The notes: generated by a model not told the origin, from the sequence alone. 61,065 nt of DNA, filler included, from Stramenopiles sp. TOSAG23-6 (GCA_900128565.1; 16 parts of 16 records of this genome joined end to end with filler, not necessarily neighbours in it), one strand, 5' to 3'; shown: positions 48,767 to 60,993, numbered from the whole stretch's first letter. Program-made: numbers and translations.

Positions 48767-49602
48767 AGTGAACAATTTCAAGCTGATAATATTAAAAAAT
48801 GTAAAATCTTTATTGGGCCAAGTTGTAATTCAGTGTTTCTTCGAAACTGTGTAGATTGTAGCATCACTGTTGCTTGTAAACAATTGCGAACTCGGGTATG
48901 TTTTTCAAAATTATTATTATTTTTTTTTTTTTTTTGGTTTTCGTACGAAATTTTGTACCTAACAAAAAAAATTTAAAAAATATATTTTTTTCACAAAACA
49001 GGATTGTTCCAATTGTGACATATTTTTATATGTAAAAACTGATCCAATCATTGAAACCTCATCATTAATGCGTTTTGGACCGTATAATGGATCTTATCCA
49101 TTACAAGATAAACATTTTGTATCTGCTAAATTGGATCCGAATGATAACCATGTACTTTTTCTTTTTTTTTTTTCATATGAAATTTTGTACCTAATTTTTT
49201 TTTTTTTTCGTACGAAATTTTGTACCTAAACTAAAAAGATTTTTTTTTTTGTTTTTTTTTACAATACATTGGAAAAGATTATTTGACTTTAATAAAGGAG
49301 ATCCTTCCATTCCTGAACCTCATTGGGAATTACAAAATGAAGAAAGTAATCCTGAAATGTGGATCATAAATGATGAAATTTTGGGTACAACTGAGTTTGG
49401 AGAACCCGTGAACCCGGTACCATTTGATGCTGGTTGTGTTGTTAGAGACCAGGAAGGCAATATTTTAGATGGAATTGGTGAAATTGGTGGAATTAAAGCA
49501 TTTTCTTTTGGTACTTCTCAAGAGGAAGCTGCCAAAATTATGGAAAAAGATGCAGAGAAGGCAGCTGCAGTAGCTGCTGCAAAGGATGTGAAGCAATTTT
49601 AA
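48767..49602 (+). CDS. XRP2/TBCC-domain protein (exons 48767-48895, 49002-49151, 49270-49602)
   Basis: EQFQADNIKKC...SVFLRNC..C.ITVACKQLRTR|DC.NC...TDPIIE...FGPYN..Y...NH|WKRLFDF; first intron GT-AG, second GT-AT, same family. Confidence 0.85.
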
Positions 49603-49766
49603 AAATTCAACAAAAATAAAAAAAATAAAAAAAATAAAAAAAATAAAAAAAATAAAAAAAATAAAANNNNNNNNNNNNNNNNNNNNNNNNNNNNNNNNNN
49701 NNNNNNNNNNTTAATTAATTAANNNNNNNNNNNNNNNNNNNNNNNNNNNNNNNNNNNNNNNNNNNN

Positions 49767-52227
49767 AATTAGAACGACATCGTAAAGAACTAGAGGAACA
49801 ACAAAAACAAATGGAACTTGAAATAGAGAAGCAACGTATAGCTGATGCACAAAAACTTGCTATGGAAAAACAAGCACATGAAAAACTAGGGATGGAGCAG
49901 GAGGAAAGACAGCGCCAGAAACAGGAAGCATTGGACATCCAGCGGCGGGAATTAGAAATGCTACAAACCCAACTTCAAGTTGAGAAAACAAACATGGCAA
50001 AAGTGCACGCCGAAAAACTTGCTCAAAAGGAGTTAGTAAATGAAAAACAAAGACAAGAAGAACATGATAGACAACTAAAGCAACAAGAAACAATAGAGAA
50101 GCAGCGACAAGAATTAGCAGAACAGCAAAGACAGATTGAGTTGCTCAAGAGGAAGAAGCAAAGGCAAAACAACAAAAAGAGGAAGAAGAAAGACAACGCC
50201 AGCAACAAGAAGCAATAGAAAGGCAGCGACAAGAATTAGCAGAACAGCAAAGACAGATTGAGATTGAGAGAGAAAAACAACGCGCTCTTGAAGCTGAAAG
50301 AATTGCTCAAGAGGAAGAAGCAAAGGCAAAACAACAAAAAGAGGAAGAAGAAAGACAACGCCAGCAACAAGAAGCAATAGAAAAGCAGCGACAAGAATTA
50401 GCAGAACAGCAAAGACTTATTGAAGAAAAGCGATTAGAGTTAGAGAAGGATCGCCTGGATCGCGAGAAAATAAAAGAAAAACAGCAACAAGAACAGATTG
50501 ATTTGCAAAAGCGTATGACAATGCTTCAGCAGAAGAAAGATGATACATCGACAACGAAATTCACCAGCAGTCTTATCGATGCGAATAATGCGGAAGTTGT
50601 ATCTTTGCAAAAGCAACGTGAAGAGGCGGACTCTCTTCAGCAAAGATTAACAAAACTAGAATCTGAAGCCCGGCTTCGAGATTCTGAGAAAATAGAAAAG
50701 GAGCGCCTCAGGTTAGAACAAATGAAAGAGGAAGTTCGGCAATTAGAAATATTAGCACAGGATAGAGATCGATTGGCTAAAAATAGGCGGAATGTAGATT
50801 TAGAGATGCAAAATATGCTTGAAAAGAAACAGACTGCTTTGCGTGCAAATACCCAAAAGGAGAAAGAACGTGCAAACGAACTGCGCAAACACATTGAAGA
50901 AATACAAAATCGTCATCGTGATTCTGAAGCTGCAGAAAAACGAGCAGAAGAAGAAGCAAAACAACAAATTATCGCAACACGCGAAGCGCAGACAGCTCTA
51001 AGAAAACTGGCAGAAAATGAAAGTGTCATGGCAAAAAATGCACGTAAAAGTATTGATTCAGTATCCATGGTGTCAACGAAAGTTCCGTGTGATACCTGTC
51101 GGGCATCGATGGATTTGTATAACTTTAGTGGGGCATTCGCAGCTGCGAGCAGCGATCATTTGGAATGTCTTCAATACTATATTCAATCTCCCGATGATTT
51201 ACAAAGTCATCATAGTGAATACGGAACACCTCTTCATTTCGCCGCTGCATATGGTCACATGAGATGTCTTAGTTTTTTGCTTGAATTCGGCGCCGACGCG
51301 ACTGCAACGGATAAAGTTGGTAAAACACCATTGTTCTATGCATGTACGGGCAATCATTTTAATTGTTCAGCACTTCTGCTAGATACGTGCGATGAAACAA
51401 TGGACATGCAGGATAGTAATGGCGATGCTCCTCTGCACGCTGCCGCTAGCTCGGGTAACACAGAATGTTTACAACTCCTGCTCCAAACTGCTGCAAAACC
51501 CAATGTGGCTAACAATGATGGTCACACAGCAGCACATTTAGTATCCACAAAAGAAAATCTTCAACTACTTCATGAACATGGTGCAAATATTTTCTGTGTC
51601 GATTTACTCGGGCGTACACCTCTTTTCATCGCATGTGCTAATGACAACACATCGTGTGCATCGTTTTTATGTGAAATAGATGAAGACCGTTCTGTCTTGG
51701 AGTATTACGATAACCGCCTAGATACCCCATTACATGCAGCAGCATGCAATGGGGCAACATCTTGTGTACAATTATTGTTGTCTTATGAAGTAAACCCTAA
51801 TTGTGTGAATAATGCAGGCCTGACGCCGTTCGATCTTTCCAAGATTGGTTCCCATACTGAAACAATGGAAATAATCTCTCAATATGGAGGGGTAGCCAGC
51901 ACGGATTTACACACTGATATTGAAACAGATACTGATAAACAACATGATGCTGTCGATGATTCACAAAACGAAAATGAAGACAATGAGTATTATTGGGAGG
52001 AACTTGTCGACGAAGACACAGGCTGTAAGTATTATTATAATACTAACACAGGGGAATCTCGATGGGCAAATGATCAAGACGAGGAGCGGCAAATTACTAC
52101 TGAAATCGAGACAACATCAGCAGCCGAAACTGGAGAAAGTGAGCGCAATGTAAATGAAGATACAGAAACTAGTGATTCGGAAGATGATGGAATAAAAGCA
52201 CCTCTCATTACACAATCAACTAAATAA
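49767..52227 (+). CDS. Coiled-coil + ankyrin repeat + WW domain protein, 5'-truncated
   Basis: E/Q/K-rich coil; TPLHFAA, TPLFYAC, APLHAAA repeats; WEELVDEDTGCKYYYNTNTGESRW. Confidence 0.85.
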
Positions 52228-52285
52228 ATTGAATAAAAAATAAACAAATAATTATAGTAAAATATCATTTGTTTCAAACATATTT

Positions 52286-53380
52286 CTAACAACGCATGTA
52301 TCGCTTCCTATTGGTAGGGGTACCATACGGAGAACTCTGTTCCATTTGACCAGCAGCATGTTGCAGGTTTGTTGCAAGACCAGAAAGTTTCCCTAGCATA
52401 CCATTATGCAAAGCTCTTAAATCATTTTTATTCAGCGAAGTATCGCGCAATCCTTTCATATCATAACTTTTTCCTACACCCCCACCATCAACATCCAGAC
52501 CAACATCATGACTAAGGTCATTGGAAATTGAATGAACACCCTCTCTATTATTACGCACATACACATCATCTCCGAAGCGATCAGGAGTAGAAGAGAACTG
52601 TCTGATCGGACTTCGACGCTCGTACGTCATAGATGATTGCATATTGAGCTTTCGAGGTGATGATGCTCGCCTGCGTTGAGGTGTCGACGAATTGTTATTA
52701 ACCCTATTTTCTCCAGTACCTCGCGAGAATTCGCGTATATGAAACTGATACGAATCATTTTGANNNNNNNNNNNNNNNNNNNNNNNNNNNNNNNNNNNNN
52801 NNNNTGTTTTGAAAGAGTTGCCTAGATTGATGCCGTACAGGTGATGATGATGTATAATCCACAGAAGCTTGGAGTTTCCGCGCAGCATCGACAAGTTCAT
52901 TTGTGTCTTGAACTTGCTGCAATACAGTGCGAGATAATTTACTTTTTTGTGCAGACAATTTGTGAACTGCATTTGCTGATCGATTTAATTTGTTCTGTAG
53001 ATCAGAGACTTTTTTATCTTTGATTCTGATGATCTCCTCAAGTTTCTTATGCCTACTGACGTTTCGATCTGATCGATGCCGACTTTGTAACAACTTTTGT
53101 TCACATGCAGATGTTGCTTTACGTTGCAATTCAAGTTCAACAGTTTTTGCTTCAACTTCCTGAATAAGAAGACTGTTACTTTCTGCTAAACTGCGGACTT
53201 GTTTTTTCAATTTTGAGACTTTTGTTATGATATCCACCATGAATTACATTCACTTCTTAATCTCATTACATCTTTATTATGCTTTTCCAACGCATTTTTC
53301 TGATGCCCGCGTTCTACTAAAGATGCGCTCTTAAATGATGAAACTAGACGAGATAGAGAATCAAGACGCAATTCTTGAGC
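52286..53380 (-). CDS. Coiled-coil protein, 3' part (gap and apparent frameshift near 53235)
   Basis: Three adjoining minus-strand ORFs after an AAAATTCAT acceptor. Confidence 0.45.
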
Positions 53381-53633
53381 ATGAATTTTGGAAAAATATT
53401 TCAAAAAAAAAATTTTAAAAATTGTTAGGTACAAAATTTCGTACGAAAAAAAAATCGAATTTGAAAAAANNNNNNNNNNNNNNNNNNNNNNNNNNNNNNN
53501 NNNNNNNNNNNNNTTAATTAATTAANNNNNNNNNNNNNNNNNNNNNNNNNNNNNNNNNNNNNNNNNNNNATACGAAATTTTGTATCTAACAAATTTTAGT
53601 TTTTTTTTTTTGAAATATTTTTCCAAAATACAT

Positions 53634-54308
53634 GCAGGTCAATTTGTTATGGAAGGGTTCATGGAATGGCATATAAAGCCGTGGCAGCGTGTTGCAATAA
53701 CTCGTTCTATTGCTATTGGTCCTGCAATATTTGTTGCAATGGCAGCATCTGGCCATCCTGCTGCAGCGGACACTCTTGATCAATGGTTGAATATTTTACA
53801 ATCTGTTCAGTTGCCATTTGCAATTTTACCTGTATTACACTTTACAAGTCAAGAACGAGTGATGTATGTTTTATTTTTTTTTCAAATTCCAATTTTTTTT
53901 TCGTACGAAATTTTGTACCTAACAAAACAATTTTGAACTATTTTTCCAAAATTCATGGGTTCATTCGCGATTGGAAAATTTATGAAGATTTCCATTTGGT
54001 TCGTCTCATTGATGATTATTATTATCAATTTTTTCCTAGTTGAAAATTTTGTGACAAATCCTCTCAGTCCAACTCCACACAATTCTTTTTTTTACGTCAG
54101 TGTAAGTATCATTTGTATATTATATTTGGCTTTCATTACACGTATTGTTAAATCAGACATTTTGGGATTTTTGTATTATATTGGCTTAATTACCGATGCA
54201 ACACGTTTGAAATATTCACCGATGCGTAAATCCAGTCAATTAGTTGTGTTTAATCCTCTCTATGATGATATCAATTTCACTGAGGCATTGATTCCTAATG
54301 ATATGTAG
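53634..54308 (+). CDS. NRAMP: NRAMP/SLC11 divalent metal transporter, last two exons
   Basis: AGQFVMEGF, ITRSIAIGP, WLNILQSVQLPFAILP.LHFTS...MGSF. Confidence 0.92.
53864..53956 (+). mobile_element. Introner-like intron, GT-AT
   Basis: gtg at|GTATG...core...CCAAAATTCAT|g ggt gives ERVMGSF; I see no AG in the intron. Confidence 0.88.
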
Positions 54309-54378
54309 AGGCGTTGATTCCTAATGATATGTAGATGCGTTGATTCCTAATGATATGTAGAGGCGTTGATTCCTAATG
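54282..54378. repeat. 26-nt tandem repeat (~3.7 copies) spanning the NRAMP stop codon
   Basis: GAGGCRTTGATTCCTAATGATATGTA repeated. Confidence 0.9.
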
Positions 54379-54814
54379 TAGAGATTTGACAATGTGTGGG
54401 GAGGGGGGTACTTTATAAGGACCTCCTCATATAAATGGAGTTTATTATCTTCAAAATTTGTATACTTATGAAAATCAATCTGAGAGCTGAGGTAGTTTCA
54501 GTGTGGTTGTTACATGTGCTGTTTCGTTAGACATCTTAAAATGGAGGATGAGGAACCTGGTGATACTGGGCTATCTTCGAGGTGTGAAACAGTGCATAGT
54601 TACTATATTTTTGATTGGGTGTAAAGTACAATAAATTATTTTAAACACGAATTGAATAATACGAACGAATACACCTTTTTTATAGTATTGACGCTAATTA
54701 CTGTCTAAAACTTTCTTCCAAAAATAATATTCTATTCAAATAATACAATAGCGAGTTTTGTAAATAGATTACTTTTGGGCTCAATAGCTACAAATGTCAC
54801 AAATTGACTTGGCA

Positions 54815-55399
54815 TTATACATCATCCATCGACTTTTCAACGCAAACACGAATTCGACGACGGTAAGCCTTTTTATCTTTGAGAAACATTCGAGCTGCAT
54901 CTGGATTTGCAGGACTAGCAGGATTTGGATCCGTTAAAAGCGATTGTATTGATGTAAGAATAGAAGCTACAGTGTAGATAGGTGACCAATTCTTTTGTAT
55001 AATATCTAGACAAATTGTACCATCTGCGTATACATTTGGATGAAACATATCCGTTGTAAAACGAATACGGGGTGGCTTAATGGGATATTCTGTAGTAAAA
55101 GATAGATTCAGCGTGTAGACACCTCCTTCCCACGGCGAATCTTCTGGTCCAAAGACACTTGCTTTCCACATAAACATATTGCTATCACAGACCGGTGCGG
55201 CACTGCAACCTTCTGGTGGGTCGTCTAACATACTTCTGAAATCTCTAGCTAGTCGTCTTTGTGCTGCCGACGCCTCTTTCCTTGGACGTTTTGCTTTCGG
55301 TTCCATTGACTTTGGTGAACTCGCCTCTCTCACAGACCCGACGATACCGGTATTGTCCTCAGTTTCAGTTTCAACTGACGTTGTAGAGCTGGATGACAT
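54815..55399 (-). CDS. RAD6: Ubiquitin-conjugating enzyme E2, RAD6/UBE2A type
   Basis: AQRRLARDF, FHPNVYADGTICLDIIQKNWSPIY, IQSLLTDPNPASPAN. Confidence 0.9.
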   Translation of the reverse strand: MSSSSTTSVETETEDNTGIVGSVREASSPKSMEPKAKRPRKEASAAQRRLARDFRSMLDDPPEGCSAAPVCDSNMFMWKASVFGPEDSPWEGGVYTLNLSFTTEYPIKPPRIRFTTDMFHPNVYADGTICLDIIQKNWSPIYTVASILTSIQSLLTDPNPASPANPDAARMFLKDKKAYRRRIRVCVEKSMDDV

Positions 55400-55899
55400 T
55401 GAGAGATAGTGTGTATAACACAGAAAAGCACACTATATTCTGGAATCCGTTCCGTCGTCTTACCAAATACTACGATTTCTGCTTTATTATATATAGTCTA
55501 TCAGAAAGCAAAATGTTTACTTCACTTGTCTATTCTAGTTAAAGCCTTACTGAAAGTAATACGAATGTTCTATTATTTTTTTACTTTGTCCAGCAGCTAC
55601 AAACAGTGAAAATGGAGTAGTAGGTATAGTAAGCGTTGTTGTTGTTGGCCGCAAAATTTTCATCAGTCTCTCGAGAGACGTCAGTCGGTCAGTCGAATGA
55701 CATTGTCAAGAATTTTCTTAAGAATTTCTCTTACGGCTAAATAACCGCTAAGCTAACGCTAACTTAGGGTTAGGGCTATTCATTCATTCAGTTCAGCTAG
55801 AAAGTAGTGTACCACTTCGCACACTTCATAGGTAATATTATAGCGCCTATATTGTAAACTAAGTCTGTCATACAGCAATTTTCCGATAAGTATATAACC

Positions 55900-57179
55900 A
55901 TGACGCAAGATAAAATGACTCTATTGGATTGGCAGATGGTATGCTGCCCAGATGCACCTCTGGATTATGACTGGGAGGGAGGTGAATTCAAGTTAAAGAC
56001 GAATTGTGACGTTCAAATTCCATTGATTATTACCGAGGGTGAGGAGGTTCAAGATATGTATGGAGATGGGACATTTATCGCTGCAATTATGACCGTGAAA
56101 CATTTTGAATACCACATGTCAGATCAATTTATGGGTAAGCGTGTTTTGGAACTAGGTGCTGGTACTGGAACACTTGGCCTCGGAGCCGCTTTATTTGGGG
56201 CACAAGAGGTAATATTATCGGATCTACCGTGTCAACAGTCTCTACTACAAAAAAATATTGATAAAAATATGGATATCTGGAGGAAGACCAATCATGAATT
56301 TCATAAAGTGACAGTAGAAGAATTAAATTGGTTCAATTTTGATGAAGAACATGCCAAACGCCTTGGATCGTTTGACTATATTTTAGGTTCTGAGCTTCTT
56401 TTTATTGATGAACTATTAGAGCCCTTGGTCCGTGTATTTCGTTTTTTGACTGATATTAATCCAAAATGTATTATTTATATTGGTTACCAGAATAGAGGTC
56501 TTACACAAGAAGAAGAATTCGCTGATGCTTTGGGCAGTGAGTTTAGCTATACTTGTGTTTCTCCAGAAGAACAGCATCCTCAATATCGTGTGAGACAATG
56601 TGAAGATTTGAAAATATTTCGTGTAACCAGAAATGATAATAAAAGCATGATACTGAAAAACACTAAATGTAAAGAAAGTAATACTATAGAAGAATCTTCA
56701 TCCGTGAAATTGGAAATATGTCATGAATATAATGACGAAGATGGCAATATCAAGCCTAATATTATAGAATTCAACAATACTAATCTTCGGATTCTTCAAA
56801 AAACTGTTGAAGGCACAGGGAGTTACATATGGGAAGCTGCTTATGTTTTAATGCGATACATTGAAAATAAACCTATGGAATGGTTTCAGAGAAAAGATGG
56901 AAGTTTTAAACGAATATTAGATTTTAGTGGCGGCACTGGGATGGTTGGAATTGCTGTAACAAAATTATTACTCAACTTTTTACAGACTAAAAATAGTACA
57001 AATCCTAACCCTAACCCAAATCCTAGAACAGTTTCAAATCCAAAGAAAAATCATCAAAAAGTGAATGTTTTTATATCTGAATTTGGATCGCAACAACTTG
57101 ACTTGGTTAGAGAAAATTGTGAGTTAAATCAATGCGAAGAAAATGTAACTGTGCTCTCTCTTGGTTGGGCTAAAGATAT
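55900..57179 (+). CDS. Tandem two-domain METTL21-like protein methyltransferase, first exon
   Basis: RVLELGAGTG...ELNW...DYILGSEL; then GTGSYIWEAAYVL...RILDFSGGTG...LSLGW. Confidence 0.8.
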
Positions 57180-57427
57180 GTATGTTTTATTTTTTTTTCA
57201 ATTTTGAATTTATTTTTTTCGTACGAAATTTTGTACCTAACAAATTTTAGTTTTTTTTTGAAATATTNNNNNNNNNNNNNNNNNNNNNNNNNNNNNNNNN
57301 NNNNNNNNNNNTTAATTAATTAANNNNNNNNNNNNNNNNNNNNNNNNNNNNNNNNNNNNNNNNNNNNTTTTTCGTACGAAATTTTGTACCTAACAAATTT
57401 TTTTTGAAATATTTTTCCAAAAAACAT

Positions 57428-57654
57428 GTGGTATTTATTTTGGCCAACTCCTTGGTATGGCGGATCATTTAAGTTTTACATTAGGCCAGAATGGCTACAA
57501 AGCATACAAGTATGTACCATATGGACCATTAAATGAAGTACTTCCGTATTTGGTGAGGAGAGCACAGGAAAATAGTGACATAATGCAGGGTGTTGGTGGT
57601 GAAATAAAAATGTTGAAGAAGGAATTAAAAAGACGTTTATTACCTGTCAAATAA
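57428..57654 (+). CDS. PRODH: Proline dehydrogenase, last exon
   Basis: YFGQLLGMADHLSFTLGQ.GY..YKYVPYGP..EVLPYLVRRAQENS. Confidence 0.9.
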
Positions 57655-58115
57655 ACATTTAAGCATTTGTGTGGAGCTATATTAGTATTGATACCAAGGG
57701 AAAGAGTATCCATATACTATTGATGGGTGTATTGTAGTCCATCTTTGAAAATAAATTTAGTTTTCTTTTACTGTTTCTATATGTTTTATATATTTTGTTT
57801 TTGTTTAGGTACAAAATTTCGTACAAAACAAAATGTCTCTATATGTTTTATATAAACTTGTTTTATAAACCTTTCACCCTAAAAATACAGAATGAAGTGT
57901 TGAAAGTCTAGGTGTAGGGTCGGGTTCTAAATGTCTAGTAGGTGGCAATTAGTGTTGCATTGTAATAGTATTATACAGTAAAACAAATAGTTTATAATAT
58001 ATTAATGCATTTTTTTTCAAATTATTTATCATTTTACATATTCCAAACTCAAACGTTTTAATTCTAAAATAATAAACTACAATTTCACCACAGATTAGAT
58101 ATCTTGATCTTTTAT

Positions 58116-59780
58116 TCAACTTGAATTTTCAAAATTCTCATATCTCTCATAACCTGGTGCTTTCACATCTATTAGCCATCGTAATACTTCAAACTCGTTA
58201 TAATTATTTTCAGCTGCTGAAATACACGTACGTTCATTCCATGGACAAGGTGGATTTTGACTTCTTAACCATTTTAATACTTCTAAGTGACCAAATTCAG
58301 CTGCTTGAGAACACGTATCTTCATTCCATGGACAAGGTGGATTTTGACTTCTTAACCATTTCAATACTTCTAAATGACCTTCAGAAGCTGCATAGAGACA
58401 AGTATCTTCATTCCACGGACAAGGTGGATTTTGACTTCTTGCCCATTTCAATACTTCTAAGTGACCAAATTCAGCAGCTAAAGAACACGTATCTTCATCC
58501 CAAGGACAAGGTGGATTTTGACTTTTTACCCATTTCAATACTTCTAAGTGACCACATCCAGCTGCTTCAGAACATGTTCCTACATCCCAAGGACAAGGTG
58601 GATTTTGACTTCTTAACCACTTCAATACTTCTATGTGACCAATTCCAGCTGCTTGAGAACACGTATGTTCATTCCAAGGACAAGGTGGATTTTGACTTTT
58701 TACCCATTTCAATACTTCTAAGTGACCATTTCCAGCTGCAAAACCACACGTAGATTCATCCCATGGACAAGGTGGATTTTGACTTCTTACCCATTTCAAT
58801 ACTTCTAACTGACCACTTCCAGCTGAAAAATGACATGTTCCTCCATTCCAAGGACAAGGTGGATTTTGACTTCTTAGCCAGATCAATACTTCTAAGTGAC
58901 CATTTCTAGCTGCTCCATAACACGTATCTTCCTTCCATGGACAAGGTGGATTTTGACTTCTTAACCATTTTAATACTTCCAAGTGACCATTTCCAGCTGC
59001 TTGAGAACACGTATGTTCATTCCATGGACAAGGTGGATTTTGACTTCTTAACCATTTCAATATTTCTAAGTGACCATTATAAGCTGCAGACCTACATGTG
59101 ACTTCATTCCATGGACAAGGTGGATTTTGACTTCTTACCCATTTCAATACTTCTATGTGATCATTTTTAGCTGCTGTACTACACAGCCAACGATCCCATG
59201 GACAAGGTGGATGATGACTTCTTAACCACTGTAATCTTTCTAACTCACCTAATTCATCTAAGACCCCTACTTTGAGAAGCCTTAATGTATAACGCGATTT
59301 CTTTGAAAAGTTGAACCCAGTCATCCAAGCTCTATCTTGACCATGTAGTACAAGTCTGCTTGCAAGTCTATCTTTACTAGGTAAAAAATTTGCAATGACG
59401 ACAGCAGGGCCTAGTCCACTAAAAACTCGTTGAAGTTTCTCTTCTTCTTCTGCTGTTCTCTGGCGCTGAGGTAAACCAAGTGCATTTCGCAAGTCGGTTA
59501 TAATTTCTGCAACTTCTGCTGATTTATAAATTCTTGTACGTTCTGTTTCAGCAATAAACTTTCCAAGAGATGTGACAAAATCAATTGCATCCTTACTCCT
59601 ATACTTTCGTGTAAGCACAAAGTCTATAGACTCACTGCAGTTTGACAATCGTCGACGTTTTTGATTGTGTTCTACAGATATTTTTGTTGACTGTAGGTTC
59701 ACTTTTACATTTTCCTCATTCTCTAAAGGCTTTACAGAAGTATTTTGCTCATGCAATACATTTCTTGTGCGGTTAAGCAT
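58116..59780 (-). CDS. Ankyrin-like CPW-repeat protein, 12 units of 29 aa, intronless
   Basis: GHLEVLKWLRSQNPPCPWxxxTCxxAAxx; 87-nt DNA periodicity from ~58240 to 59230. Confidence 0.88.
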   Translation of the reverse strand: MLNRTRNVLHEQNTSVKPLENEENVKVNLQSTKISVEHNQKRRRLSNCSESIDFVLTRKYRSKDAIDFVTSLGKFIAETERTRIYKSAEVAEIITDLRNALGLPQRQRTAEEEEKLQRVFSGLGPAVVIANFLPSKDRLASRLVLHGQDRAWMTGFNFSKKSRYTLRLLKVGVLDELGELERLQWLRSHHPPCPWDRWLCSTAAKNDHIEVLKWVRSQNPPCPWNEVTCRSAAYNGHLEILKWLRSQNPPCPWNEHTCSQAAGNGHLEVLKWLRSQNPPCPWKEDTCYGAARNGHLEVLIWLRSQNPPCPWNGGTCHFSAGSGQLEVLKWVRSQNPPCPWDESTCGFAAGNGHLEVLKWVKSQNPPCPWNEHTCSQAAGIGHIEVLKWLRSQNPPCPWDVGTCSEAAGCGHLEVLKWVKSQNPPCPWDEDTCSLAAEFGHLEVLKWARSQNPPCPWNEDTCLYAASEGHLEVLKWLRSQNPPCPWNEDTCSQAAEFGHLEVLKWLRSQNPPCPWNERTCISAAENNYNEFEVLRWLIDVKAPGYERYENFENSS

Positions 59781-60147
59781 TATTCCAAATCTCTACAATG
59801 TTTTTGTTGTGATAATAATATGATAGGTACCCGAACTTGACAATCTCTAGCTCAAGAGACACCATTGCCAAATTTGATCGAAGAATCGACCGTTTAAAAT
59901 TAGTCTAACGTAATTCGTACCAAAACTTTGTACCTAATTTTTTACGTTGATTGGTCAAAAATTATACACGCTAAGCACGGACGATATAATTATTAAATTA
60001 TTGTTAAGCAAAACCAAAGCTTTAAGCTTCCCCAATCTAAATTTGATATTATCCGAGTAAACCTCTCTCTCTACTCACAAAACTTAAACGCCGAAATAGA
60101 TTGCAGTCTATAGTATTATAGTAGCCTTTAGAAGCGATTATTTTGCA

Positions 60148-60993
60148 ATGCTTCCTGCTGCTTTAGAAGTTTTCAAGCATGGTGTGGAGAGCATTTTTGA
60201 TTACTTGTTTGTTGTTGCTGGTGGAGAGTTCCTATTTTTCTGTGTTACTGTTGGCAGCACCCTTCTATATTTAAAACTCTCCGGAAGAGATGGCATGCCT
60301 CGCATGTTTGTACGGGCTCTTGTCATATGTGTGGCTCTTGTAGAAGTGATATTCCTTCTTCACTTTTACTTTCATGGAGCAGAATTCCTCCAGTCTGATA
60401 TTGTAAAAAAGCACTGGCCTGAGTTGAGCACTCCAAAATATGAAAAACAATTCGACGATGCGTGTGAAACTCGTTTGGTGAGTGTGAAATTGTGGATGAA
60501 AGGAGAGATTCCTGCAATAGATGTAGTCAAGGAAAACATTGATGGGTATGTAATGAGTCACTTGTTCGGACATACAATTGTGACAGCTTTCGTTACACAA
60601 GCTCCATTAGTCGGTTTTGTAGTATCATTAACTCATGAACTTCTTGAAGCAATCTACAGTCACGCATACCCTCCATTCTCTGAGTGTTGGTGGGATTCGT
60701 ATGTCCTCGATATTGGATCAAATTTTGTTGGTTGCTTTATTTTTGGTCCATTTCTAATGTGGTTATTTGGTTTTAAACAACGTAATTTTTTTCGTTGGCC
60801 TCACTTTATCATGATTATTGCCTGTGTAGCGAATCAAATGACAACGTTCCCTGTGACCTTTTGGCTTCCTCATGTATTCGGTATACCACCAAAACATCAT
60901 ATAGCTGTTTTAAACATGATGTTATTACAAGTGAATTGGAATATGATTATGCTTGATCAAGCCTGGAAACGAGCTCAAGGAGATGAAGCCTAT
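60148..60993 (+). CDS. PTDSS: Phosphatidylserine synthase (base-exchange PSS family), first exon
   Basis: IDGYVMSHLFG, HELLE..YSH..PPFSECWWDSYVLDI..N..G. Confidence 0.8.

Noticed and set aside
42590-53240. Apparent frameshifts near 42600, 45510, 50140 and 53235 as programmed frameshifting
   Set aside because: No shared slippery motif; 50140 is a deletion in one copy of a coding repeat; 42597-42622 could be a 26-nt GT-AG intron but is unsupported; consensus errors are simpler
54282-54378. 26-nt repeat at the NRAMP stop as a regulatory array
   Set aside because: A local tandem duplication of the last codons, with no evidence of function
3766-57367. Regularly spaced TTAATTAATTAA motif
   Set aside because: Always inside N runs; an artificial six-frame-stop linker, so adjacency across it is not real
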